A program made the position numbers and the translations under genes. A model generated the notes under the pieces. The model saw only the letters and a list, made by a program, of their open reading frames with translations, did no database searches and was not told where the DNA came from. From Candidatus Omnitrophota bacterium (lineage in GTDB: Bacteria; Omnitrophota; Gorgyraeia; Gygaellales; Profunditerraquicolaceae), in the NCBI GenBank assembly GCA_049517335.1, contig JBEKSD010000008.1:1-59894 (forward strand): 59,894 nt of DNA, written 5' to 3'. This document shows, piece by piece, positions 20,624 through 30,401 of this stretch (position 1 is the stretch's first letter; every line of letters starts with the position of its first letter).

Positions 20624-22354
20624 TTACCTGAGAATTTCCCTTAGTTTTAGCTGGGTGAATTCTTCAATTTGTTTTCCGGTAGATAATTTCAAAGCGGAGC
20701 TAGCAATATTCTGCGCCTGTTGCATGGTGACTGAACGTATAATATATTTTAATTCCGGGATAACCTGCGGCGGCATGCTGAATTCATCCAGCCCCAACCC
20801 GAGGAGTAAAAGGGCAAAACTGGGTTCTCCCGCCATTTCTCCGCACATACCGACCCTGATTTTTGCTTTATGCGCGGAATCAATAATATTTTTAATCAGA
20901 CGCAACACTGCCGGATGAGCCGGGTCATAAAGATAGGCGACTTTTTCATTAGTACGGTCTACCGCCAAGGAATACTGGATTAAATCATTGGTGCCGATGC
21001 TGAAGAAATCAGCTTCCGTTGCGAGTATATCGGCGGTCATTGCCGCCGAAGGCACCTCAATCATGGCGCCTACTTCTATATTTTCATTAAAAGGAATACC
21101 CTTCTCTCTTAATTCGTTCTTCGCCTCATCCAGAAGCGCGTTCGCCTGTTGAAGCTCTTCCACCCCGGAAATCATCGGGTACATTAATTTTAAATTCCCG
21201 TGTACCGATGCCCTAAGGATTGCCCTTAATTGTAGCTTAAAAACATCGGGCTGGGCAAGACAGAAACGTATTGCCCGCCATCCCAGAAACGGCGCCATCT
21301 CATGCGGAATCTGGAATTGTGATAAAAATTTATCCCCGCCTAAATCCAGCGTGCGGATGATTACCGAATCTGGCTTCATCTCTTCGGCAACGTATTTATA
21401 TGCTTCGTAATGATCCTCTTCAGAAGGCAGGTCTTTCCTGTTCATATAAAAGAATTCCGTGCGGTAAAGCCCGATACCTTCGGCTCCGTGCAGCTTCACC
21501 GCAGAGACCTCTTCGGGGAATTCTATATTCGCATTTATTCTAATGGTCTTGCCGTCGCGCGTTACCGCAGGCAGGCTTTTAACTGCTGAGAACCTTTCCG
21601 TAATCCCTTTAAGTTTTTCTTCTTCCCGGCGGTAGCGCTTAAGGGTTTCTTCATCGGGCGATACGATTACGATGCCCATACCGCCGTCAATAATCAGCAT
21701 ATCCCCAGACTTAATCTTTAGCGTCGCTTCTTCCGTACCGACTACCGCCGGAATTTCCAGGGATTTAGCCATAATCGCGGTATGCGAAGTCTTGCCTCCG
21801 ATATCGGTAACAAAACCGCAAACGCTCTGCTTATGCATTGCCGCAGTATCCGAGGGAGAAAGGTCATGAGAAACTACAATGACTTTCTCCTTTAAATCCA
21901 GCAGCCCTTTCTTTTCTTTACCCAGCAGGTTACGCAGTATCCTTTTGCCGACATCATTGATATCCGCTATGCGTTCCTTAAGGTACTCATCCTCTATCCG
22001 GGAGAACACATCTACATATTTCTTCAGTACCTCCGAGAATATATAGGCGACATTTAATTTCTCCTTTTTAAGACGCGAGATAACTTCCTCAATGAGCATG
22101 CGGTCTTCAAGAACAAGAAGATGTGCGTCAAATATCTGGGCCTCTTCCTGCCCCATCTCTAGACTGATACGTTTCTGCAATTCTATTATCTCACGGCGGG
22201 TCTTAATGAGGGATTCCTCAAAAAGTTGTATCTGTAAGGGTATATCATCCTGGCCTATATCTTCTTTGGGGATAATAAGTTCTTCCTTACCGACCCTGTA
22301 AGCGGGGCCGATACTGATGCCCGTAGCCGCAGCTATGCCTTTTAACTGGATCAT
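20624..22354 (-). CDS. ptsI: PTS enzyme I
   Basis: GGKTSHTAIMA phospho-His site; GLYRTEF, DLGGDK, SIGTNDL and GMCGE motifs. Confidence 0.97.
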   Translation of the reverse strand: MIQLKGIAAATGISIGPAYRVGKEELIIPKEDIGQDDIPLQIQLFEESLIKTRREIIELQKRISLEMGQEEAQIFDAHLLVLEDRMLIEEVISRLKKEKLNVAYIFSEVLKKYVDVFSRIEDEYLKERIADINDVGKRILRNLLGKEKKGLLDLKEKVIVVSHDLSPSDTAAMHKQSVCGFVTDIGGKTSHTAIMAKSLEIPAVVGTEEATLKIKSGDMLIIDGGMGIVIVSPDEETLKRYRREEEKLKGITERFSAVKSLPAVTRDGKTIRINANIEFPEEVSAVKLHGAEGIGLYRTEFFYMNRKDLPSEEDHYEAYKYVAEEMKPDSVIIRTLDLGGDKFLSQFQIPHEMAPFLGWRAIRFCLAQPDVFKLQLRAILRASVHGNLKLMYPMISGVEELQQANALLDEAKNELREKGIPFNENIEVGAMIEVPSAAMTADILATEADFFSIGTNDLIQYSLAVDRTNEKVAYLYDPAHPAVLRLIKNIIDSAHKAKIRVGMCGEMAGEPSFALLLLGLGLDEFSMPPQVIPELKYIIRSVTMQQAQNIASSALKLSTGKQIEEFTQLKLREILR

Positions 22355-22626
22355 ATTTCTTCCTCGTTAGAGATAACTTTTTCTAACGCCACTAACGCCA
22401 CTTCGGCGTCATCTCCTTCCGCTTCGATTATAATCGAACTCCCCTTTTCCGCACCCAGCATGAGGATGCCCATAATGGACTTACCGTTTACTTCCTCATC
22501 TTCCCCTTCGCGCTTAACGGTGATGCGGGAATCAAACTTATTGGCTATTTGCACAAAGAGGGCCGCGGGCCGCGCGTGTAAACCGGATTTATTTTTTACC
22601 GTAAATTTTTTCTTAATTAGTGCCAT
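22351..22626 (-). CDS. ptsH: Phosphocarrier protein HPr
   Basis: GLHARPA (His15) and GKSIMG (Ser46). Confidence 0.96.
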   Translation of the reverse strand: MALIKKKFTVKNKSGLHARPAALFVQIANKFDSRITVKREGEDEEVNGKSIMGILMLGAEKGSSIIIEAEGDDAEVALVALEKVISNEEEI

Positions 22627-22628
22627 CT

Positions 22629-23867
22629 TTATATCTCTTCAATAAGCCCTAAAATAAGCTTGGCCAATTTTACCGCGTCATGCCTGACTACACCGTCTTC
22701 AATAATGCCGAAATCGTCTTCTATAACGCGGTAACCCGCGGTTTCAGCCTTTTTTCTGTCATTAACCACGAGATATGAATCCTGTTGGGCATAACGTTTC
22801 AGGATATCTGCAGGGACTTCGCCCGTATTTACGATACAGTAATTAAGGATCTTTGGGTCGCTATGGGTAACCAATGCCCTAATATGGTCCGATACGCTGT
22901 AACCGTCTGTCTCTCCCGGCTGTGTCATTACATTACAGACATAAACCTTAATCGCACTACTTGTAAGAACAGCGTTTGTAATCTCCTTAATAAGCAGGTT
23001 CGGGATAATACTTGTATATAATGAGCCTGGGCCAAAGACTATAATCTGCGCCTCCTCTATGGCCTTAATCGCATCTGGCGTCGCCTGGGGAGAATGAGGC
23101 GTTAATACCACCTTACTTATTTCCTTGCGGCCCTTGGGGATTTTGTTTTCGCCCGTCACCGTTGTCCCGTCTTTATACTGGGCGGATAAGGTAACGTTGC
23201 TTAAAGTAGAAGGTATCACCTGTCCCCTTAAAGCGAGGACTTTACTTGTTTCTTTTATCGCTTTCTCAAAATCACCCGTAAGCTGGGTCATTACCGTAAT
23301 AAAAAGATTACCGAAACTATGCCCCGAAAGATTAGACCTCGTGTCAAAACGGAACTGGAATAAATCCCTCATTAAAGCCGGCGCATCTGCCAAAGCTACA
23401 AGGCAGTTACGGATATCCCCGGGAGGCAGGATATCAAATTCTTCTCTTAAACGGCCGGAAGAACCACCGTCATCCGCCACCGTTACCACCGCAGAAATAT
23501 TTGAAGTATATTCTTTAAGACCGCTCAATAAAACCGACAGTCCTGTGCCTCCGCCGATAGTTACAATCCGCGGGCCACGGCTTAATTGCCTTTTTTGATA
23601 GAGAATATCAACCAACTCTTTACCGCCTGAAGGGATAAACGCCCCCATAAAAGAACGCATCATCCTCTTTATGCCTAATATGAGGATGATAATACCAGAG
23701 ATTATCACTACTGCGTCAAGGAGCTGGATAAACCAGAATTCATCCCCGCGCAAATGCCCAGTCCCTAAAACCAGAAGAATAATACCAAAAAGGCTCAAAA
23801 CCAGCCAACGCTTGACCTGCATGCCCGGATAAAGCCACTTGAATATACCTTTGACCTTGGATCGCAT
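22629..23867 (-). CDS. yvcK: YvcK/GlmR family protein with an N-terminal membrane extension
   Basis: GGGTGL, DDGGSSG, PPGDIRN, GPGSLYTS and TQPGET motifs; two N-terminal TM segments. Confidence 0.92.
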   Translation of the reverse strand: MRSKVKGIFKWLYPGMQVKRWLVLSLFGIILLVLGTGHLRGDEFWFIQLLDAVVIISGIIILILGIKRMMRSFMGAFIPSGGKELVDILYQKRQLSRGPRIVTIGGGTGLSVLLSGLKEYTSNISAVVTVADDGGSSGRLREEFDILPPGDIRNCLVALADAPALMRDLFQFRFDTRSNLSGHSFGNLFITVMTQLTGDFEKAIKETSKVLALRGQVIPSTLSNVTLSAQYKDGTTVTGENKIPKGRKEISKVVLTPHSPQATPDAIKAIEEAQIIVFGPGSLYTSIIPNLLIKEITNAVLTSSAIKVYVCNVMTQPGETDGYSVSDHIRALVTHSDPKILNYCIVNTGEVPADILKRYAQQDSYLVVNDRKKAETAGYRVIEDDFGIIEDGVVRHDAVKLAKLILGLIEEI

Positions 23868-23868
23868 T

Positions 23869-24339
23869 TTAAACTTTCTTTTCGTCTTCTTCGCTAATTA
23901 TCTTGATTATCGCTTTTTCATCGCTGCACGCGCGAAGGCTGTCGCGGAAATACTTGTCTTTGAGCAGACGGGATATCCGCGCAAGAGCCTTTAAGTGCGG
24001 TCCGGCGGAATCCTGGGGAGCTACCAGTAAAAAGAATATGTACGCCGGCTCACCATCCAAAGAATCAAAATCAACGCCTTTCTTGGAGAGGCCAAAAGCA
24101 GCCACCAGTTTATCTACGCAGTCGCTCTTGGCATGGGGTATGGCTATACCCTGCCCGATGGCGGTGGAACCAAGTGATTCCCTGGCCATAAGAGACTCAA
24201 TTAATTTATTACGGCAGCGTTTTTCAATATCGCCTGAATTAAGTAATGTATCCACAAGTTCCTTAATAGCGTCTTCTTTTTTTGCGGATTTTATATCGGT
24301 GAGTATCGCTTTTTTTGAGAGAAAATCCATAATTTGCAT
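23869..24339 (-). CDS. ptsN: PTS EIIA (Ntr-type)
   Basis: RE.LGSTAIG.GIAIPH, FDSLDG and HLKALARISR motifs. Start reassigned to the ATG at 24339 (SD AAAGGAG) because the ORF-track extension runs through tRNA-Gly. Confidence 0.92.
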   Translation of the reverse strand: MQIMDFLSKKAILTDIKSAKKEDAIKELVDTLLNSGDIEKRCRNKLIESLMARESLGSTAIGQGIAIPHAKSDCVDKLVAAFGLSKKGVDFDSLDGEPAYIFFLLVAPQDSAGPHLKALARISRLLKDKYFRDSLRACSDEKAIIKIISEEDEKKV

Positions 24340-24428
24340 AGCACTTCTCCTTTGTAGTATGACCCTTCGCCCACCAATGTAGGCTTTAGGATTTAGGATT
24401 TTAAAAAAATACCCCGTATCTTTTCTAA

Positions 24429-24501
24429 AGCGGGAGGCGGGATTCGAACCCGTGACATCAACCTTGGCAAGGTTGCGCTCTACCAACTGAGCTACTCCCG
24501 C
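24429..24501 (-). tRNA. tRNA-Gly(GCC)
   Basis: Acceptor GCGGGAG/CTCCCGC, anticodon arm CAACC-TTGCCAA-GGTTG, T-loop TTCGAAT; CCA not encoded. Confidence 0.96.
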
Positions 24502-24522
24502 ATATTTTGCTATTCACTAAAT

Positions 24523-24604
24523 TGGGCGGAAGAGGATTTGAACCTCCAAGGGTTTCCCCAATAGCTCCTAAGGCTATCGCGTATGCCAATTCCGCCACCC
24601 GCCC
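24523..24604 (-). tRNA. tRNA-Leu(TAG)
   Basis: Acceptor GGGCGGG/TCCGCCC, anticodon arm ATAGC-CTTAGGA-GCTAT, variable arm GGG-GAAA-CCC. Confidence 0.96.
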
Positions 24605-24670
24605 CTATTGGCTTATGGCATATTGCAAATGGCTAACCCCCCATTTGCTATACGCTGTTTGCAATTTTAT

Positions 24671-24743
24671 TGAGCCTCCCGCGGCTCGAACGCGGCACAA
24701 CCACCTTAAAAGGGTGGTGCTCTACCTGATGAGCTAGAGGCCC
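24671..24743 (-). tRNA. tRNA-Lys(TTT)
   Basis: Acceptor GGGCCTC/GAGGCTC, anticodon arm CCACC-CTTTTAA-GGTGG, T-arm CCGCG-TTCGAGC-CGCGG. Confidence 0.95.
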
Positions 24744-24747
24744 GAAT

Positions 24748-25308
24748 TTAGAATTCCAATAGTTCTTTTTCTTTAGTTTTTAAGAGCTCGTCAATCTTTA
24801 AAATGTATTTATCCACTAATTTCTGAAGTTCGTCAATCGCGCGGAATTTATCATCTTCAGAGATAACCTTATCTTTTTCTAATTTTTCCAGCGCTTCCTT
24901 GGCGTCGCGCCTTACGGTCCGCAGCGACACCCTTCCTTCTTCGCACATCTGATGGATTTGTTTTGCCATTTCCTGCCGCCTCTCTTTGGAAAGCTGGGGC
25001 ACGGAAAGGCGGACAACCTTGCCGTCATTGGAAGGCATAATACCGAGGCTTGATTTCATAATCGCTTTCTCAATTTCAGGAATTGCGCTTATGTCCCAAG
25101 GCTGGATAACTATCAAATGCACGTCGGGGATCGATATGGAAGCGAGTTGCTTTAAAAGAGTAGGGGTACCGTAATAATCTATGTGCAGTCCCTCCACCAA
25201 ATGCGGACTGGCCCTACCGGTGCGCACTTCGGAAAACTCCCTGTTTACCGACTCAAGCGTTTTCTTCAATTTTTCTTCCGTGTTATGCAAAATTTCTTTT
25301 GTAGTCAT
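24748..25308 (-). CDS. frr: Ribosome recycling factor
   Basis: RTGRA, YYGTPT and PSNDG motifs; located after pyrH. Confidence 0.97.
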   Translation of the reverse strand: MTTKEILHNTEEKLKKTLESVNREFSEVRTGRASPHLVEGLHIDYYGTPTLLKQLASISIPDVHLIVIQPWDISAIPEIEKAIMKSSLGIMPSNDGKVVRLSVPQLSKERRQEMAKQIHQMCEEGRVSLRTVRRDAKEALEKLEKDKVISEDDKFRAIDELQKLVDKYILKIDELLKTKEKELLEF

Positions 25309-25326
25309 AAGCTCCGCCCCTCACTT

Positions 25327-26049
25327 TTAAGCTACAACCGTACCTATTTTATCGCCTAAAATTACTTTCTTGATATTTCCGGGTTTATTTAAATTAAAGA
25401 CAATAATGGGCAATTTATTGTCCATACACAGGCTGACTGCCGTGGCATCCATGACTTTCAGTCCCTTCTTTAACACATCAATATACTTTAAAGAATTAAA
25501 TTTTTTAGCAGCCTTCACTTTCATCGGGTCGGCGGAGTAAACCCCGTCAACCTTGGTGGCTTTCAGGATAGCATCCGCGTTTATCTCTACCGCTCTTAAT
25601 GCCGCTGCAGTATCGGTGGTAAAATACGGATTGCCTGTCCCGGCAACAAAAATTACTACCCGCCCTTTCTCCAAGTGCCGTATCGCGCGCCTGCGGATAT
25701 ACGGCTCGGCGATCCGCGCCATGTCAATTGCGGTCATAACCCGCGTGGGCTGACCCATTTTCTCCAGAACATTCTGCAGGGCAAGGCCGTTTATGACTGT
25801 GGCCAGCATTCCCATATAATCGGCAACAGACCTGTCCATATCCAAGCCGCGTGAAGCAGTATTCTCCTGCCCGCGAAAAATATTTCCCGCGCCAAGGACA
25901 ATAGCCACATCTACTTTTAAATCGCGGATTTCCTTTATTTGGTGGGATACGGCAATTAAAACCCCCTGGTCAATTCCGTGGGTAGCTTTACCCTGAAGCG
26001 CTTCGCCGCTTAGCTTCAGGACTATTCTTTGATAAACTGGCTGGCTCAT
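25327..26049 (-). CDS. pyrH: UMP kinase
   Basis: [21 protein letters not shown] and VMDATA motifs. Confidence 0.97.
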   Translation of the reverse strand: MSQPVYQRIVLKLSGEALQGKATHGIDQGVLIAVSHQIKEIRDLKVDVAIVLGAGNIFRGQENTASRGLDMDRSVADYMGMLATVINGLALQNVLEKMGQPTRVMTAIDMARIAEPYIRRRAIRHLEKGRVVIFVAGTGNPYFTTDTAAALRAVEINADAILKATKVDGVYSADPMKVKAAKKFNSLKYIDVLKKGLKVMDATAVSLCMDNKLPIIVFNLNKPGNIKKVILGDKIGTVVA

Positions 26050-26573
26050 CTTTCGCCGACTTTATAACGGGTAAACCTGCGGATTACGATATTCTCGCCC
26101 AACTTGGAAACTATTATACCCAGATAATCTTTAATGGTAATCGCGGGGTCTTTAATGAATGCCTGAGACATAAGGCAGTGTGCTTTGATAAAATCCTCCG
26201 CTTTCTTTTCCGCTTTCAATACTTCTTCCGGGACATCTTCCTTCTTAATGTAAAGTGGGCTTAAGGCGGCGATCTGCATACAAAGGTCCTTTGTGAATTT
26301 GGTAAACTCTTCGTTGCGTGCCACGAAATCGGATTCACAATCAACTTCAAGTAATACGCCTATTTTATTGCCCATATGCACGTATGATTCAATACGCCCT
26401 TCTTTTACCGCGCGGTCCTGCTTATTTGCCGCAATCTCTAAGCCTTGTTTGCGGAGTATCTCGGCAGCCTTCTTCAGGTCGCCCTTGGATTCCTCCAGCG
26501 CCTTCTTACAATGCGCAATACTTGCGCAAGTCATATCCCTTAATTCCTTAATTGCTTCAACGCGGATAGTCAC
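26046..26573 (-). CDS. tsf: Elongation factor Ts (short form)
   Basis: [17 protein letters not shown] and GENIVIRRF motifs; 175 aa. Confidence 0.95.
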   Translation of the reverse strand: MTIRVEAIKELRDMTCASIAHCKKALEESKGDLKKAAEILRKQGLEIAANKQDRAVKEGRIESYVHMGNKIGVLLEVDCESDFVARNEEFTKFTKDLCMQIAALSPLYIKKEDVPEEVLKAEKKAEDFIKAHCLMSQAFIKDPAITIKDYLGIIVSKLGENIVIRRFTRYKVGER

Positions 26574-26576
26574 TTT

Positions 26577-27476
26577 TTACTTTCCCTTTCTGGATTTGGT
26601 CTTGTCTTCCGTGATTTTCACAGCCCTTGCTTTTTTGCCCGCCTTGCCTACCTCATCAACGGGCTCATCAGTCTCAACTATTTCTTCTATCTCCTTGATC
26701 TTTACCTCTTCTTCCGGAAGTAATACCGGCTGTTCCTCCTCCGGTGGCTTCTCTTCTTTTAATACAGCGCCTTCCTGGGAAAGGTAAGATAAGAACTTCT
26801 TCCTGCCCTCAATAATGGTATCTGCCAATAAAGATACAATCAGGCTTATTGATTTTGTGGCGTCATCATTGCCGGGAATAGGATATGCAATCAAGCCCGG
26901 GTCGGAATTAGTATCAATTAACCCGATAATCGGAATGGAAAGCCGTTTTGCTTCGCGTATTGCCGTCTCCTCTTTCTTGGTATCAACGACAATCATCGCC
27001 TTAGGCATGCGCTCCATTTTGACTATCCCTGCAAAATTCTTATTTAACTTAGCCAATTCTTTCTCAAGGCCGGAAATTTCTTTTTTGGTAAGTTTCTCAA
27101 ACGTCCCGTCTTCACGCATCTTTTCAATGTCTTTTAAACGGTTAATGCTCTTTTTGATGGTGGAGAAATTCGTCAGCAGCCCACCCGGCCAGCGTTCAGT
27201 TACATAATACATGCCCGTCTTAAGCGCCTGCGCGTGAACTACCTCTTGAGCCTGTTTCTTTGTGCCCACGAAAAGCACTATTTCGCCTTTTGAAGTAATA
27301 TCCATAAGATAATCCCGGGCTTTGTTAATACATTCCTCGGTTTTCTCCAGGTCAATGATATAAATACCGCTTCTTGCCCCAAAGATAAATTTTTTCATTT
27401 TAGGGTTCCAGCGCTTGGTCTGGTGCCCAAAATGCACCCCTGCTTCTAATAGCTGTTTAATCAATTCTGATGGCAC
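26577..27476 (-). CDS. rpsB: 30S ribosomal protein S2
   Basis: AGVHFGH, WNPKM, FVGTK, DTN and PGNDDA motifs; charged C-terminal tail; GTG start with SD AGGAGG. Confidence 0.98.
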   Translation of the reverse strand: MPSELIKQLLEAGVHFGHQTKRWNPKMKKFIFGARSGIYIIDLEKTEECINKARDYLMDITSKGEIVLFVGTKKQAQEVVHAQALKTGMYYVTERWPGGLLTNFSTIKKSINRLKDIEKMREDGTFEKLTKKEISGLEKELAKLNKNFAGIVKMERMPKAMIVVDTKKEETAIREAKRLSIPIIGLIDTNSDPGLIAYPIPGNDDATKSISLIVSLLADTIIEGRKKFLSYLSQEGAVLKEEKPPEEEQPVLLPEEEVKIKEIEEIVETDEPVDEVGKAGKKARAVKITEDKTKSRKGK

Positions 27477-27569
27477 GTGTTTCTCCTCCTTATAAATAAT
27501 AAATTGTTGCTGCTGGGTTGATATTATTGTTTCTGCCTGCCCTTTTTAGGGGGTGAAGTTAATTTTATG

Positions 27570-27598
27570 AGTATATCAAAAAAAATCTCAATATACAA
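27570..27598 (-). promoter_or_regulatory. Putative sigma70 promoter of the rpsB operon
   Basis: TTGTAT-17 nt-TATACT with a TG extension. Confidence 0.6.
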
Positions 27599-29389
27599 CT
27601 ATTTTTGTATCTCTTGCATTGAATAAAGCCGTTTATATACGCCATTTTGGTTCAAGAGGTCGTCATGCCTGCCTTGCTCAACAATCATACCCTTGTTTAT
27701 AACCACGATTCTATGCGCATTACGTACAGTTGAAAGCCGATGGGCAATAACAAACACGGTCCTACCCTGAATAAGGTGGTCTATCGCTCCCTGCACCAGG
27801 CGTTCGGATTCAGTATCCAACTGGGAGGTAGCCTCATCCAGTATTAAAATAGGGGGGTTCTTCAGCAGCGCGCGCGCTATGGCAATCCTCTGCCTCTCCC
27901 CGCCGGATAACTTCATACCCCTGTCGCCGATTACTGTAGCGTAACCTAAAGGTAATTTAAGGATAAAATCATGGGCATAAGCCTGCTTGGCTGCGAATTC
28001 AATAGCGTCCTCTGTTGCCGAAGTATCCCCGTAAGCGATATTCGCTTTAATAGTGTCATTAAAAAGTATGGTTTCCTGAGTAACTATACCTATTTGCCGG
28101 CGAAGCGACTTTAAACTTACTTCTTTGATATCCACGCCGTCAATTAAAATTTTACCTGTTTTAGGATCGTAAAAACGGGGGATTAAATCCACAAGGGTAC
28201 TCTTTCCGGTGCCACTGGGCCCCACTATTGCCAGCATTGTCCCCTTTTCAACCCTTAGGTTTATATCTTTTAATACTTCGTGCACGCCGTAGCTAAAAGA
28301 AATATTATCAAATAAGATATTATCCCTAAATCCTTTCAAGTCCGGAGCTGCCGGCTTATCCACTACCGTCGGATTTGTTTCCAGGACTTCATGGATACGC
28401 TCGCTTGCGCCCATTGCCTGCTCATTCAGAGAATTAACCTGGCTTATTTTCTTAAACGGCCGGATTAGAGAAAGAAGAGAACCCAGGAACAGGCCGAAAA
28501 CACCAAAAGAAAGCTTTCCCGCAATTACCTGTTTACCGCCCCAGAAAAACACAAAAACCCCGGCTATGCAGCCTAAAAACTCGGTTATGGGGTTTAAAAG
28601 CAGCGTCCTCTTAATGGATTTCATGGAAATCTTATAATAATCCTGATTTACGCGGTTAAATTTGGCAATTTCATAATCTTCCATGTTAAAAGCCTTGACA
28701 ATGCGCGTTCCGCTGATTGTCTCATAAAGGATGGAATTTGTATCCGCCATCTTCTCCTGCGAACGCTTAGAAAGCTTCCTTAATGCCTTGCCTACTTTAA
28801 TAATGGGCAGGCTTATCAGCGGCAGGAGTAGGAATGTCAAAAGCGCCATCTTAAAATAAATAAAAAAAGTAACGCAGGTAAATATAATTACCTGCAGACT
28901 CTGATAAATTATGTCGGAAGCGCCGTAAGATACGGCATTCTCCACGACCTTGACGTCGTTGGTGATACGCGACATAAGCTCTCCTCCCCGTTTATGGGTA
29001 AAATATTCAAGGGAGAGTGTCTGAATTTTTGCGTAAAGTTTTGCCTTAATGTCTCTGACTACCCTTTGGCCTATATCGGACATAAGGTACGCCTGTAGGA
29101 ATTCAAAAAGGCCTTTTAAGAAAAAAAGCACCAGGATACCTGCTGCCATGTAATTTAGGAGCGTAGTCGGCTCAATACCATTGATTTTATCCACAAAATT
29201 AGATAAAAACGGGGGTAATTTCGTAGGGACTATGATTTTCTTATTGGTCAGGACCTTATCCGTAAGGGGAACGAGCATGGCAAGGGAAACCCCGTCAAAA
29301 ATTGCGGAAAAAACCATACAGACGCTGGCAAGGGAAAACAGCCCCAAATAGGGGCGCACGAATTTTAGTAACTTCAAGTAATCCTTCAT
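27599..29389 (-). CDS. msbA: ABC exporter, lipid A flippase MsbA-like
   Basis: TMD plus NBD (GPSGTGKS, LSGGERQR, DEATS, IAHRLST); divergent from lpxB. Confidence 0.8.
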   Translation of the reverse strand: MKDYLKLLKFVRPYLGLFSLASVCMVFSAIFDGVSLAMLVPLTDKVLTNKKIIVPTKLPPFLSNFVDKINGIEPTTLLNYMAAGILVLFFLKGLFEFLQAYLMSDIGQRVVRDIKAKLYAKIQTLSLEYFTHKRGGELMSRITNDVKVVENAVSYGASDIIYQSLQVIIFTCVTFFIYFKMALLTFLLLPLISLPIIKVGKALRKLSKRSQEKMADTNSILYETISGTRIVKAFNMEDYEIAKFNRVNQDYYKISMKSIKRTLLLNPITEFLGCIAGVFVFFWGGKQVIAGKLSFGVFGLFLGSLLSLIRPFKKISQVNSLNEQAMGASERIHEVLETNPTVVDKPAAPDLKGFRDNILFDNISFSYGVHEVLKDINLRVEKGTMLAIVGPSGTGKSTLVDLIPRFYDPKTGKILIDGVDIKEVSLKSLRRQIGIVTQETILFNDTIKANIAYGDTSATEDAIEFAAKQAYAHDFILKLPLGYATVIGDRGMKLSGGERQRIAIARALLKNPPILILDEATSQLDTESERLVQGAIDHLIQGRTVFVIAHRLSTVRNAHRIVVINKGMIVEQGRHDDLLNQNGVYKRLYSMQEIQK

Positions 29390-29424
29390 CTTCTATTTCT
29401 CCTTAAAATCTCCAAAGGGTACGT

Positions 29425-29468
29425 ATTTTATCATATCCATTGACTTTTGTCGAGTGATTTGCTATTAT
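29425..29468. promoter_or_regulatory. Overlapping divergent sigma70 promoters
   Basis: Plus: TTGACT(29440)-17-TATTAT(29463-29468). Minus: TCGACA(29453-29448)-17-TAAAAT(29430-29425). Both have a TG extension. Confidence 0.6.
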
Positions 29469-29474
29469 TTTCGC

Positions 29475-30401
29475 ATGTCTAAAGTTCGAGTTGGGGTAGT
29501 TGGCGTAGGCCATTTGGGCAGTATCCATGCCAAAATATACAAAGAAATCCCGGACTGCACGTTGGTAGCGATATGCGACATAGATAAGAAACAGTTGGAA
29601 ACTGTTTCCGGAAACCTACAGGTTCCCGGTTGGCAGGATTACCGGGAATTATTCGGTAAGGTTGATGCGCTAAGCATTGCCGTACCTACAAAATTCCACC
29701 AAAAAATAGCTTATGAATTCCTGAAAAACGGTATACACACTCTCGTTGAGAAGCCTTTTACCTTAAACCTTAATGAAGCAGATTCCCTAATCCGGCTGGC
29801 AAGAAAAAATAAGCTGATCCTACAGGTTGGCCACATAGAAAGATTTAATTCCGCCTTCAGCGCTACCTTAAAATTAATCAAACACCCTAAATTCATAGAA
29901 TGCCACCGTTTAAGCCCATTTCCTAACCGCTCCCTTGACGTAGGCGCGGTACTTGATATTATGATCCATGACATTGATATCGTTCTCGGACTGGTAGATT
30001 CAAAAATTAAACGCATTGAAGCCGTAGGCGTAAATGTGCTAACCCAATTTGAAGATATTGCCAACGCCCGCCTCACCTTTAAAAACGGCTGCGTCGCAAA
30101 CCTCACTGCCAGCCGGGTATCGGATGAGATAATGCGTAAAATCAGGATATTCCAGGAAGATACCTATATATCCCTTGACTACAAAGACGCTAAAGCCTCG
30201 GTTTACAAGCGCGTACAATCTCAAATCACGAAAGAAGACCTGCCTATAGAAAAAGAACAACCCCTGCAAAAAGAGCTTCAGGCATTTATTGACTGCGTGG
30301 GAGAGAATAAAGAACCCCTCGTTTCAGGAGAAATTGCCAGAGAAGCTTTAGCTGTTGCTTTAGAAATCCAAAGTAAAATATGGCCCAAAAAAATATTTTA
30401 A
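29475..30401 (+). CDS. Gfo/Idh/MocA oxidoreductase, GnnA-like (UDP-GlcNAc 3-dehydrogenase candidate)
   Basis: GVGHLG, EKP, GHIERFN and DIMIHDID motifs; overlaps the lpxB start; ATG at 29475. Confidence 0.85.
   Translation: MSKVRVGVVGVGHLGSIHAKIYKEIPDCTLVAICDIDKKQLETVSGNLQVPGWQDYRELFGKVDALSIAVPTKFHQKIAYEFLKNGIHTLVEKPFTLNLNEADSLIRLARKNKLILQVGHIERFNSAFSATLKLIKHPKFIECHRLSPFPNRSLDVGAVLDIMIHDIDIVLGLVDSKIKRIEAVGVNVLTQFEDIANARLTFKNGCVANLTASRVSDEIMRKIRIFQEDTYISLDYKDAKASVYKRVQSQITKEDLPIEKEQPLQKELQAFIDCVGENKEPLVSGEIAREALAVALEIQSKIWPKKIF

Noticed and set aside
24340-24486. 49-aa N-terminal extension of PtsN in the ORF track
   Set aside because: It runs through tRNA-Gly. The ATG at 24339 has a good SD and gives a normal EIIA length.
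24507-24737. 76-aa plus-strand ORF
   Set aside because: It is the antisense of tRNA-Leu and tRNA-Lys.
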